A stretch of DNA of 63,181 nucleotides. It comes from Clostridia bacterium (GTDB taxonomy: Bacteria > Bacillota > Clostridia > TANB77 > CAG-465). The position numbers were made by a program, and so were the translations under genes. The notes below the pieces were generated by a model that searched no databases, was not told the DNA's origin, and was given only the letters and a program-made list of their open reading frames with translations. This document shows positions 10,098 through 19,060 of the stretch, piece after piece. The stretch is from contig JAZRSA010000011.1 in NCBI GenBank assembly GCA_045651205.1, positions 1 through 63,181 on the forward strand, written 5' to 3'. Numbering within the stretch: position 1 is the stretch's first letter; the number at the start of each line of letters is the position of its first letter.

Positions 10098-10970
10098 TTA
10101 TATTTTTAGTTTCTTAAATATCCATGGACCAATTCCAAGTGCCACGAATATTAATACTCCATAACGGAATGCATCAAACATAAGATCCATTCTTAATGAA
10201 TCAAATACATTTAATAGTTTTACTCCTTCTTTTATAGCTAGGGCTAAAACTACTCCTATTACTACTCTTAATACTTTCTTGCCTTTAGATACATTGTATT
10301 CTAATGGCGCATGTTTTTCTTCAAATATAACTGCTAACAAGAAACCTATTAACATTCCATACACTTTAAAGAAATCTTCAAAATGTTCATCTGGATTTAC
10401 TAAAAACATTATTGCAAATGGTGTTAATACAAGTATTGTTATTAAATATAATAAGTTTTTGTTTTTTACCTTATCCCATACAGTTGTCATTATAAGAGCA
10501 TATATAATTCCAAGCGCCGCTCCTACTACAACATCACTTGGGTAATGTGCTCCAAGATACATTCTAGATACCGCTACTGAAACTATTAATATTGCAACTA
10601 GAATCCATATTAAGGCTTTTTTTAACTTTTTAGCAATAGATGTACTCATCGTAGCAAAAGTTTGTGTATGACCGCTAGGAAACGAATACCCCGTAGCTGT
10701 ACCTTCTCTTACACATGTTATTTTCCCTGTTGCAAATGGTCTTGGAAATTTAACTAAGTTTTTAATTATTCCATTTAACCCTATAGAAGAAACTGTAACA
10801 TAAAACAGCTTTTGTGCATATTTTTTATCCACTCCAAAGTATAACGCTGCTATTAGAAGTACCATTAGTACTTCTTCACCAAGCATAGTTATTCCTTGCA
10901 TAATTACATTTAACCATTCTGTTCTTAAGTTCTGTATAAACAAAAGAACATCTAACTCAAACCCAAACAT
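10098..10970 (-). CDS. PAP2-family lipid phosphatase
   Basis: KxxxxxxRP, SFPSGHT and SRMYLGAHYPSDV acid-phosphatase motifs in a polytopic membrane protein. Start set at MFGF... with RBS AAAGGGGA. Confidence 0.8.
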   Translation of the reverse strand: MFGFELDVLLFIQNLRTEWLNVIMQGITMLGEEVLMVLLIAALYFGVDKKYAQKLFYVTVSSIGLNGIIKNLVKFPRPFATGKITCVREGTATGYSFPSGHTQTFATMSTSIAKKLKKALIWILVAILIVSVAVSRMYLGAHYPSDVVVGAALGIIYALIMTTVWDKVKNKNLLYLITILVLTPFAIMFLVNPDEHFEDFFKVYGMLIGFLLAVIFEEKHAPLEYNVSKGKKVLRVVIGVVLALAIKEGVKLLNVFDSLRMDLMFDAFRYGVLIFVALGIGPWIFKKLKI

Positions 10971-11079
10971 ATATTTTTCCCCTTTATTTTTAAAAATTAT
11001 ATCACATAATGTAAAATGTGCAAATAAAATGGCGAGAAACATATTCTCGCCTTTTTTATTTTATATATCTTTTTATTAA

Positions 11080-11664
11080 TTATTTTTTAGTTTTCTTCTT
11101 TAAACAAACTGCTACTACTATTCCGGCTACAACTATAACAGCTGGTATTAACACCATTGCTAAAGAATCTGTTTTACCTGTAGCTTGTTCTTTTGTTGGC
11201 CCTATAAGCGCTCCTATTGTTGTAGTATCTTCTCTATCTATAGGTCCTGTAGTAACAACTCCTGTAGTAGGTATTTTATCTGTATTTGGTTTAGCTGTAC
11301 CATCTCCACCTTTTGTAGTAAATGTGGTTAAAGCATAACCGTCTACATATACAATAGTAAGCTCATGTTTACCATCTTTTAATGTTTTTAGAAACTCTGG
11401 TTTTATCTTAAACATCCCATTGTCTCCACCCATTACATAATCTTCACCTATTTCTAGTTTAATAAGGTCAACATATATTCCTTCATAATCTACACCATCA
11501 CCATCTGTTAAAAACGTTAATGTTTCTTTACCTGTAAATGTGGCGTTTGCTCCCTTTGTTACGTTATATTTAGGTGCTGTAGCTCTTGAAGAAGATGCAT
11601 ACACATTTGCACAAACAAACATTAAGGCTACTAGCATCATACTTAATATTCTTTTTAGTTTCAT
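11080..11664 (-). CDS. secreted, C-terminally anchored surface protein
   Basis: Signal peptide MKLKRILSMMLVALMFVCANVYA, Thr/Gly-rich stalk, C-terminal hydrophobic helix plus a KKKTKK tail. RBS AGGAGTG. Confidence 0.6.
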   Translation of the reverse strand: MKLKRILSMMLVALMFVCANVYASSSRATAPKYNVTKGANATFTGKETLTFLTDGDGVDYEGIYVDLIKLEIGEDYVMGGDNGMFKIKPEFLKTLKDGKHELTIVYVDGYALTTFTTKGGDGTAKPNTDKIPTTGVVTTGPIDREDTTTIGALIGPTKEQATGKTDSLAMVLIPAVIVVAGIVVAVCLKKKTKK

Positions 11665-11713
11665 AAAAAACTCACTCCTATCTAGTACATATATTTTATA
11701 CCACAAATACACA

Positions 11714-12169
11714 CTAGTTACAAGGATACATCTCTACTGTTTCTTCTTTGAAATATACCTCTTTATTAATAGCAGATTCCAAAACTTTTCTTAATTCTTC
11801 TTTATTACCATACCATTCAATAAGATTTACATACTCAGCTATATCCAGCCATTTGTGCTCTATACTTTCTTCATTTAAAACAACAGCATCGCCAGATACA
11901 AACGAAACAAATGCATACTCTATACAATCTACACCAAGCGAGTTATATTTGAATATCCAATTAAGATATATGCATTCTGTTATATCTAGATTTGTTTCCT
12001 CTTTTACCTCTCTTTTTACTGTATCTGCTAATGATTTATCCCCATCTTCCACACCGCCTGTAACAGTATACCAAAACGATTTATTATATTGCGGATCATG
12101 TGGACTACCTAGAAGCAAAAGTAGCTTATTTGTGTTTTTATTTATTACAAATGTTAATATTTTGTTCAT
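11714..12169 (-). CDS. NUDIX hydrolase
   Basis: Nudix box GGVEDGDKSLADTVKREVKEETNL. Confidence 0.8.
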   Translation of the reverse strand: MNKILTFVINKNTNKLLLLLGSPHDPQYNKSFWYTVTGGVEDGDKSLADTVKREVKEETNLDITECIYLNWIFKYNSLGVDCIEYAFVSFVSGDAVVLNEESIEHKWLDIAEYVNLIEWYGNKEELRKVLESAINKEVYFKEETVEMYPCN

Positions 12170-12236
12170 TGTTATACCTCGTTATTTTACTCACACACTG
12201 AAAATATGTTGTTTTTTCAGTGTGCAAGTTTAAAAT

Positions 12237-13172
12237 TTAGCCTAAGCAAAGTTCAATTAGTTTAATATATTGATCTTGTGCATTTAAACAAGTATCTATT
12301 AAATATCCCTTTTCTCTTCCAAATTGATATTCTTTTAATCCCCTATAATAGAACAGCTTATCTTTATCTAATATTATGAAAGGAATTATATTATTCTTTA
12401 AGCATTCCTTAAACATTATTATTCTTCCTATTCTTCCGTTACCATCTTGGAATGGATGTATCTTTTCAAATTTAGCATGGAATTCTATTATATCTCTAGC
12501 TTCTACTTTTTCTAATGAGTTATACCATTCTAATAATTTCTTCATGTCCTTTTCTACATTCTTAGGTTCCGTTGTTGGTAGTTCACCTGCAGAATTAGCT
12601 AAACTTTTATAATCTCCAACATTAAACCATGATTTAGTGCTATCCATTGTTCCTTCTTTCAATATCTTATGGAATTTCTTTATGCATTCTTCTGTCAAAG
12701 TTTCATCTGCAATATCTAACATATAGTCTACTAGTTTAAAGTGATTTGCTGTTTCTAATATATCGTCTACACTAGCTACAGTATTTGCTTCAAATAGAAT
12801 AGTATTAGTTTCATAAATATGTCTGGTTTGGTCTTCTGTTAATCTACTTCCCTCAATATGATTTGTGTTATATGCAAACATTATTTGAGTTCTGTAATAC
12901 AAATTACCTTTTAACTTCATTTCCTTTTGTTCTCTTAATACTTCTAACACATTTACATTAGATATATCCAACTTTTTTTCTTCCGCTATTAATTCATCTA
13001 CACTTATCTTAAATGTATCTGCTAGTCTTCTTAAAGACTCTATATTAGGTTCTGCTAAACCTAATTCATATTTAGATACAGCTTTTGCTTCTACACCTAG
13101 TATTTCTGCTACTTCCTTTTGTGTCATTCCAGCTTTTTCCCTATATTCTTTTATTCTGTTTCCAATGCTCAT
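12237..13172 (-). CDS. XRE-type HTH + Fic domain protein (AMPylase family)
   Basis: N-terminal HTH (IKEYREKAGMTQKEVAEILGV) and the canonical Fic motif HPFQDGNGRIGR. Start set at MSIGNR with RBS AAGGAG. Confidence 0.85.
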   Translation of the reverse strand: MSIGNRIKEYREKAGMTQKEVAEILGVEAKAVSKYELGLAEPNIESLRRLADTFKISVDELIAEEKKLDISNVNVLEVLREQKEMKLKGNLYYRTQIMFAYNTNHIEGSRLTEDQTRHIYETNTILFEANTVASVDDILETANHFKLVDYMLDIADETLTEECIKKFHKILKEGTMDSTKSWFNVGDYKSLANSAGELPTTEPKNVEKDMKKLLEWYNSLEKVEARDIIEFHAKFEKIHPFQDGNGRIGRIIMFKECLKNNIIPFIILDKDKLFYYRGLKEYQFGREKGYLIDTCLNAQDQYIKLIELCLG

Positions 13173-13342
13173 ATATTTCTCCTTAAGTATCCATTTTAGA
13201 TACATCACATTAATATTATACCACATTGTATCTAAAAAAGATACTTTTGTGTGCAAAAAAGTATCTTAGAAATACATAAATGTAACAAAATAGACTCAAG
13301 AAGCAAAATACTTTTTGAGTCCACTTTATTCTTGCAGTTATA

Positions 13343-13585
13343 CTACATAGTTTTCTTTAATTCTTTATCTAGAATGAAATCTTCTACTCTATGATATTCT
13401 TTATCATGGCTTCTATTGATTTCTTCTTTTACTAACGCATGACCTTTTTCGCCAGATTTAGTTATTACAGCAGCAACATCTAGATTATCGTGCTTTTTAG
13501 CAGCTGGATTTGCTTTCAAATATGCTTGAATATAAGCATCTTCATTTTTAGGCGAAGGTCTATTCTTAGCAATTCTGTTAGCCAT
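13343..13585 (-). CDS. small hydrophilic hypothetical protein (80 aa)
   Basis: ORF with RBS AAAGGAGGG upstream; no recognisable motif. Confidence 0.5.
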   Translation of the reverse strand: MANRIAKNRPSPKNEDAYIQAYLKANPAAKKHDNLDVAAVITKSGEKGHALVKEEINRSHDKEYHRVEDFILDKELKKTM

Positions 13586-13753
13586 ATCTCTTCCCTCCTT
13601 TTCTTAAAATATACATTTACAAGTATTTTTTCCTTTCTGCCCCTTGTAAATTAAAGAAGAAATATGCTATAATCAAATCAATAAAAAGAGTGTCAATTTT
13701 TTATTCGTTCAATGCTAGCATTGGGCGTTTTTTCTTCCCCTAAATACAATCCA

Positions 13754-13795
13754 ATTGTACCTTTTTTAGAACGTTTGTGCTGTTGCAAATGCAAC
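13754..13795 (-). promoter_or_regulatory. duplicated copy of the nrdD-type promoter/operator (GTTGC-N4-GCAAC palindrome plus TACAAT)
   Basis: Palindrome GTTGCAAATGCAAC at 13782-13795. Read on the minus strand, TACAAT lies exactly 22 nt downstream of it (13754-13759), the same spacing as at 57685-57726. Confidence 0.45.
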
Positions 13796-13848
13796 TTTTT
13801 TGTGATATTATTTAAATAATTTTAGAGGTCATTTTATTACGGTAAACT

Positions 13849-13990
13849 GCGTCCTACTCAAATGTTTGCAAGAACAAGCTTTTCAAAAAACTTACAATTA
13901 TTTTTATATTAGAAATATTTTTTCAAGAAAGAGCAAACGATTTTATCTAATATAAAAAGCGTTGGAACCGTTGATGCTGTACAAAAAAAT
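13849..13990 (+). pseudogene. decayed 5' fragment of a Crp/Fnr-family regulator gene (duplicate of 57770..)
   Basis: Aligns by eye with 57770-57920. ATG is replaced by ACG. It translates TVNCVLLKCLQEQAFQKTYNYFYIRNIF... versus MVNCDLFKQLTEQEFQKIYKCFEIRNIF..., then a stop. Confidence 0.7.
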
Positions 13991-14024
13991 CAGACCCCTA
14001 CTTCAATAATTTAGATGTCTGATT
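13983..14024 (-). terminator. possible terminator after the 14.0-14.7 kb gene pair
   Basis: AATCAGAC ... GTCTGATT stem (21-nt loop) followed on the minus strand by TTTTTTT. Confidence 0.35.
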
Positions 14025-14035
14025 TTAATACAAAC

Positions 14036-14155
14036 TTACCCACGTTTTTCAGTTTTCTTATCCTTATTTGGCTCATAGCTGTTTTGATGTATCCCTGTAG
14101 GTATTGGCGGACATGGGTTTGTATCCGTTTTTTTCTTATCCTTATCTTCTGCCAT
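14036..14155 (-). CDS. small hydrophilic ORF (39 aa), apparently coupled to the upstream membrane-protein gene
   Basis: Not in the ORF track (<60 aa). MAEDKDKKKTDTNPCPPIPTGIHQNSYEPNKDKKTEKRG. The GGAGGG RBS overlaps the stop of the upstream gene. Confidence 0.3.
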   Translation of the reverse strand: MAEDKDKKKTDTNPCPPIPTGIHQNSYEPNKDKKTEKRG

Positions 14156-14167
14156 CTATTTCCCTCC

Positions 14168-14707
14168 TTAAAACAATTTGAATATTATGCTAATGCACCA
14201 CAGCACAATTTCTACAATAGTTAAAACAACTCCTAAATTAAATACTTTATGTTTATTTTCCAGCACTTTCTCATTATTTTTTGCTATATCCTTATAACCT
14301 TCTAATAATCTTTTCTTAAAATATATATTGTCATTATTGTAATATACTTCATCACATATTGCTTCTGGAATATATTTAATATTTCTTGAAAGTAAACTAC
14401 ACATAAATGTTACAATAGCGGCGATGGCTACTAATAATAGTAACACAAATATTATTGTAGCTGCTACTGTTATGACAATTTGTGGCATACTTTCAATAGC
14501 ATTATGAATCATTTTATTTATCGTTTCAAAATCTAAAACAAATGCTATTAGCGCTGCATGAAAGGCTATAAAGAATCCACTTTTACTATCCAAACTTTGT
14601 GTTCGCTCATAGTGCTGATTATACCCGTTCTTCATTATATCTAATATTAAATCCAAATTTTCTTTTAAATCATCTTTTTTTGTTTCTATTTCTTGTTTAT
14701 CTTCCAT
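14168..14707 (-). CDS. membrane protein of unknown function (N-terminal helix, 2-3 TM helices)
   Basis: Start set at MEDKQ (AAGGAG 9 nt upstream). Hydrophobic segments FFIAFHAALIAFVL, IVITVAATIIFVLLLLVAIAAIVTF and LGVVLTIVEIVLWCISIIF. Confidence 0.6.
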   Translation of the reverse strand: MEDKQEIETKKDDLKENLDLILDIMKNGYNQHYERTQSLDSKSGFFIAFHAALIAFVLDFETINKMIHNAIESMPQIVITVAATIIFVLLLLVAIAAIVTFMCSLLSRNIKYIPEAICDEVYYNNDNIYFKKRLLEGYKDIAKNNEKVLENKHKVFNLGVVLTIVEIVLWCISIIFKLF

Positions 14708-14847
14708 ATCACCATCTCCTTGCATTGGAATTATTATACCATATTTTACATTTTTTACAATATTTTTGGACTTATTTCGACATTTTCAAAAAAATTATTA
14801 AATCCCAAAAGAGATATATTTAGTTGCACTAAATATATCTCTTTTAT

Positions 14848-15729
14848 CTATATCTCTATTAAATCATATTCCTTAGAACCAAAACCAAGTTTAGCTGCTA
14901 CATCTATTGTATGAGTACCATGTCTAGAATTAATTCTTTCAAGTAAATGTTCCTTACCAATATCTTCAGAGTTCTTTACTAAGTCTATACAAGCCATATC
15001 TATAGCTATAGGATCTAATGATGCAAGTACACCTATATCTTTCATGCAAGGATCTTCTGCTTTAGCACAACAATCACAATCTACAGACATATTACACATA
15101 ATGTTAATATATACAATATTACCATTAAAGTAATCTACTACAGAAGATGCACTCTCTGCCATTGCTTCTAAAAACTTATCTTGAGGTGCTGTATTCTTCC
15201 ATACAAGATTTACATCATTTGTAACACCCGCCGAATGAATCCAAGCTTTACCAGCAGATGATGCAAGCCCAATAGATAGTTGTTTTAATGCACCACCATA
15301 TCCACCCATAGGATGTCCTTTGAAATGTGAAACTACAAGCATAGAATCATAATTCTTAATATTCTTACCAACATAGTTTTTGTTAATAACAGAACCTTTA
15401 TTAATATCTAATACTAAATCTGGTCCTTCACTATCTAATATATCTACATCAAAACATTTACTCCATCCATGCTCATCCATTAACTTAGTATGTTTATCTG
15501 TAGTATTTCTTGCACCATTATATGCAGTATTACACTCAACAATAGTACCACCTACATAATCTACTAAATCTTTCAAAAACTCTGGTCTTAAATAATTCTG
15601 ATTACCTTTTTCTCCAGAATGAACTTTAACTGCTACTTTTCCAGTTAATTCTTTACCTACTGCTTTATATATTTCCACCAAGCCAGATGGTGTTATTTCT
15701 CTTGTAAAGTATACTTTTGATTTATTCAT
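14848..15729 (-). CDS. DUF362-like protein (uncharacterised Fe-S-associated family)
   Basis: N-terminus KVYFTREITP...VAVKVHSGEKGN and a Cys-rich CNMSVDCDCC segment resemble DUF362/COG2768 proteins, judged from memory. Confidence 0.5.
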   Translation of the reverse strand: MNKSKVYFTREITPSGLVEIYKAVGKELTGKVAVKVHSGEKGNQNYLRPEFLKDLVDYVGGTIVECNTAYNGARNTTDKHTKLMDEHGWSKCFDVDILDSEGPDLVLDINKGSVINKNYVGKNIKNYDSMLVVSHFKGHPMGGYGGALKQLSIGLASSAGKAWIHSAGVTNDVNLVWKNTAPQDKFLEAMAESASSVVDYFNGNIVYINIMCNMSVDCDCCAKAEDPCMKDIGVLASLDPIAIDMACIDLVKNSEDIGKEHLLERINSRHGTHTIDVAAKLGFGSKEYDLIEI

Positions 15730-15833
15730 TAGTTGCCTCCGCTATAATATTTATAAATACCATTCTTAACTTTGAACAGTACTGTTTTATTATTAAATTA
15801 TATCCTATGCATATGATTATATCATATATATAC

Positions 15834-16478
15834 TTATGGTTTCATCAAATTATTACCATTAGAAATATCTTTCCATTCATTTTTTAGTAAAAGTAAAACA
15901 AATTTTGATATTTCTATAAATGAATTGGCATTTTCTTTAATATGTATTTTGAATCGTGTATAATCCTTTGATAATGATAGTTCAATAATATCATCATCTA
16001 GTGCTTGCGTTGAAGAAAAAACCGCACTATCTGAAAAATGAACAAATCTACAATAAAATTTATACATTTCTTCTATTCTCATACCATATTTTCTATTTAA
16101 TTCAGAGATAATATATGTATCATATAATTTTTGTTTTCCTATTTTATATTCACTTAGTTTTTTGTTTTCGCTCAAAATTGCAACTCCTAAAGTATCTATA
16201 TCCAGTCCAGATTTTATTAACATAGATATACCATAAATAAAGATACAATTATCAATTTGCAATCTAGATAATGAATTTAATGTCATTAAATTATTACTTT
16301 TTAATAGTGTTTTATACCCTTCGATTAACGCCAAACTTCGATTCAATACACTAGCGATTAATATTCTTTTATAATCGATTATTTCTAGTCCATCTAAATA
16401 ATTAAGCAAAAAACTTTTATACGCCTTAAAAAGCTCATCCATTTTATCTTTTAATTCTTTGTAGTCTACATTACACAT
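15834..16478 (-). CDS. helical hypothetical protein, paralog B of the pair flanking the PHP-ATPase
   Basis: Start set at MCNVDYK (GAGGTG RBS). Shares LNSLSRLQ and MYKFYCRFVHFS motifs with the protein at 19061-19948. Confidence 0.6.
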   Translation of the reverse strand: MCNVDYKELKDKMDELFKAYKSFLLNYLDGLEIIDYKRILIASVLNRSLALIEGYKTLLKSNNLMTLNSLSRLQIDNCIFIYGISMLIKSGLDIDTLGVAILSENKKLSEYKIGKQKLYDTYIISELNRKYGMRIEEMYKFYCRFVHFSDSAVFSSTQALDDDIIELSLSKDYTRFKIHIKENANSFIEISKFVLLLLKNEWKDISNGNNLMKP

Positions 16479-16517
16479 ATAACACCTCATTTATTTTGTA
16501 TATCAAAAATATATAAA

Positions 16518-16820
16518 TTAAGAAGCTGCTGTTTCATCAATTATATTTAGTTTTTGACTTACAATCGATGAAATTTCAGTTTTTAAATGTTCCACATATT
16601 TTTTTGCAACATCATAAAACAAATCTGTTCTATCAGTTTCATTAAATTTTATATCGATGTTTTGATTTTCAATTTTCTTTAATAAATCTTGGAAGAAATT
16701 TTTTAAATCCTCAACATTGTCACTAGTTAAATCTAGCGATAATGCTTCATCAAAATTAAATACAAGTATTTCTTTTTCATCTTTCGTGATTAAATCAACC
16801 GTTATTTCTTGATTATTCAT
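16518..16820 (-). CDS. small acidic hypothetical protein (100 aa)
   Basis: Start MNNQEITV with RBS GAGGGGAG. Its ATG overlaps the stop of the PHP-ATPase by 8 nt (tatATGaaTAA). Confidence 0.6.
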   Translation of the reverse strand: MNNQEITVDLITKDEKEILVFNFDEALSLDLTSDNVEDLKNFFQDLLKKIENQNIDIKFNETDRTDLFYDVAKKYVEHLKTEISSIVSQKLNIIDETAAS

Positions 16821-18951
16821 ATAAATCTCCCCTCTCTGCAAACGCTTCTATTCCACCTTCTAAATATTTTATACTTTGTTCTTTCCAACTTAATACATCT
16901 TCTTCATTTTCAATATTTACAAGCTTATCAGTAAACATGTTTCCTATATAAGTCTTATAACGATTATTATCTATGGTTTTTAGTATGCTATTCAACGGAC
17001 GTGTTCTAACTGCAATATTAGCATCATGTGTTGCGACAACTAATATTTTTTGTGCTCTAGACAAATCTTTGAATAACGGAACTATTACTTCATTAATATA
17101 AGTACTTCCTAAACTCAAATCAGGTTCATCTACTAAAAACACTTTCTTTCCATTTTTTGATATTAACTCATGTTGTAATGCTAATATTGATTTTTCCCCT
17201 TTAGATGGTTTATAACCAACCGAATCAATAGTAAAATCTTTTTTTATTGATATAAAATCCGTCATGGATTTTATCCCCTTATCATATAGTTCTTTAATCT
17301 CTTTAATTATTCTTGGTATTTCGTGTGATGTATAAGATGACTTTATATTTTGCACATTTGTTACAAAACATTTTAAATCACCTTTATTATGTTTTAAAGT
17401 TTTATGATCAATTGATGATTTATTCGTAGAATTAATAAACGAATAATTAATAGTTAAGTTTACTTTGCCTTTAGAGCCCAAATTTCCTATATATTCATCT
17501 ACATTATTAACCTCCTCATTTAATTCATTTAATATTTTTTCAGCATTATTTCTTATTTTCAATCGGTTTTTAGCAAACACTGCAAATCCTGTTTCAACCG
17601 GTGGTGTTGGTTCGCCGATGTTTTCAGAAACATATATAGGAATTTTTGTAGCAAAGTCATCAATTAAATATTCGGACTTTTGATTGTACCACTCATCAAT
17701 TGCATCCTTGTAAGAAGCTACTGATAATTTAGTTAATAATTTTAGCATCACTTTATTTTCTGCAGATGTTAATAGGGCTTTTGCATTTAAACTTTTATAT
17801 TCTCTTAAGAAATTTGTAATCTTCTTATATTCGCTATACTTTTTATTATATTTATCTTCATTATATAAATGTCTTTTATCTATTAGCAAACACTTCATTT
17901 TGTCTTTACTGGCTTTTTTTAATTGTTTTTTGAAATATTCTATATAATTTTTTATATTTGTAGGAGTAGTATCAATAAAATTCGCTATTTGGCTTAATTC
18001 CGTTTCATTATTGTTTACAGTTGGGATATTTTTTATATCATATTCATCAGGATTAATACTAATTAAATTCGAATACCACATCTCTTTATCGCCACCTGTA
18101 TAATAGATAGGTTCTTCATTTTTTTCCAATGTATAATAATCCCTTAGTGATTCCAATATTTCACTTTTTCCGCTTCCTTTATCTCCAAAAATAACATTTA
18201 CATCGTTATATATTGGTATATCAAATGGAAATTCTTTGGTGTTATTTTTTCCATATACTCTAACTTTTTCACTTAATTCTTCTTCCGCTAAATCTTTTAG
18301 AAACGTTACATCTTTTTCTATTATTTTAATAAAAGATATATAATCCTTTATTTCGAATTTTAATTCACCAAAATTATATTTTTCATATTTATTCCAATCA
18401 ATAACGTCAGTTCCAACAACAACTCTATGTTTATTGGATTGTAACACAGTAATTGATGTCAACGAACTTGGTTCTTTAAAAAGTCTTTTTTTATTTATCA
18501 TAATATTTTCGAATGTCTCTATATCATCTAATGATAATTCTTTTTTCTTAAAACAATGAACAACATAAACTAAGTCTAAATCTTTTACTTTTTCATATAA
18601 TTCGTCTAATTTTATTTCAAATTCATCTTGCGTAACACCATTCAATAATTCACTCATTTTTACAGAAAACATTTCAACATCTTCTGGATTAGAAATAAGA
18701 ATTAAATGTCCTTTTTTACCACTTGCGCCAATAACATCTAACTCAATTCCAGGCCATACCTGGCAGATATCTTTAACATTTTCTTTAAATAATAGGTATT
18801 GCTCTTTATCAAATAAATTATGATTAGTTATTGCTATTATTTTTACTTCGCTTAATAGAACTTTTTCTCGAAACACTTCCAATGATACGTTTCTTGTTTC
18901 AGCTTCATCATTTTTAGTTTTTATTGTATGGCAATGAAAATCAATCTTCAT
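16813..18951 (-). CDS. PHP-domain phosphoesterase fused to an ABC/SMC-type ATPase (Gao Ppl-like defence candidate)
   Basis: N-terminus MKIDFHCHT...ITNHN is a PHP His motif. Walker A GDKGSGKS, signature-like PSKGEKS, Walker B VFLVDEPDLSLG, H-loop VVATHD. RBS AAGGAGG. Confidence 0.7.
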   Translation of the reverse strand: MKIDFHCHTIKTKNDEAETRNVSLEVFREKVLLSEVKIIAITNHNLFDKEQYLLFKENVKDICQVWPGIELDVIGASGKKGHLILISNPEDVEMFSVKMSELLNGVTQDEFEIKLDELYEKVKDLDLVYVVHCFKKKELSLDDIETFENIMINKKRLFKEPSSLTSITVLQSNKHRVVVGTDVIDWNKYEKYNFGELKFEIKDYISFIKIIEKDVTFLKDLAEEELSEKVRVYGKNNTKEFPFDIPIYNDVNVIFGDKGSGKSEILESLRDYYTLEKNEEPIYYTGGDKEMWYSNLISINPDEYDIKNIPTVNNNETELSQIANFIDTTPTNIKNYIEYFKKQLKKASKDKMKCLLIDKRHLYNEDKYNKKYSEYKKITNFLREYKSLNAKALLTSAENKVMLKLLTKLSVASYKDAIDEWYNQKSEYLIDDFATKIPIYVSENIGEPTPPVETGFAVFAKNRLKIRNNAEKILNELNEEVNNVDEYIGNLGSKGKVNLTINYSFINSTNKSSIDHKTLKHNKGDLKCFVTNVQNIKSSYTSHEIPRIIKEIKELYDKGIKSMTDFISIKKDFTIDSVGYKPSKGEKSILALQHELISKNGKKVFLVDEPDLSLGSTYINEVIVPLFKDLSRAQKILVVATHDANIAVRTRPLNSILKTIDNNRYKTYIGNMFTDKLVNIENEEDVLSWKEQSIKYLEGGIEAFAERGDLYE

Positions 18952-19060
18952 ATAATAAACCTCCTTATGAACATTTTTGTATAGTAGAGAAAATGCAACA
19001 ATAAGGCTTATCTACCATCTTATAATCTTTCATCACGTTAAATTCTCCTTTATACTCTAA

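Noticed and set aside
13710-13723. Perfect palindrome CAATGCTAGCATTG as a terminator or operator
   Set aside because: It has a T-run only on the plus strand, where no upstream gene exists, and it is absent from the parental copy near nrdD. Its function cannot be argued from sequence alone.
14168-14707. Pycsar or CBASS effector call
   Set aside because: No nucleotide cyclase or other signal-generating gene is adjacent, and the resemblance is limited to overall topology.
16813-18951. Gabija GajA / OLD-family or PARIS AriA assignment for the ATPase
   Set aside because: No TOPRIM domain or partner is present, and the N-terminus is a PHP phosphoesterase, which fits the Ppl architecture better.
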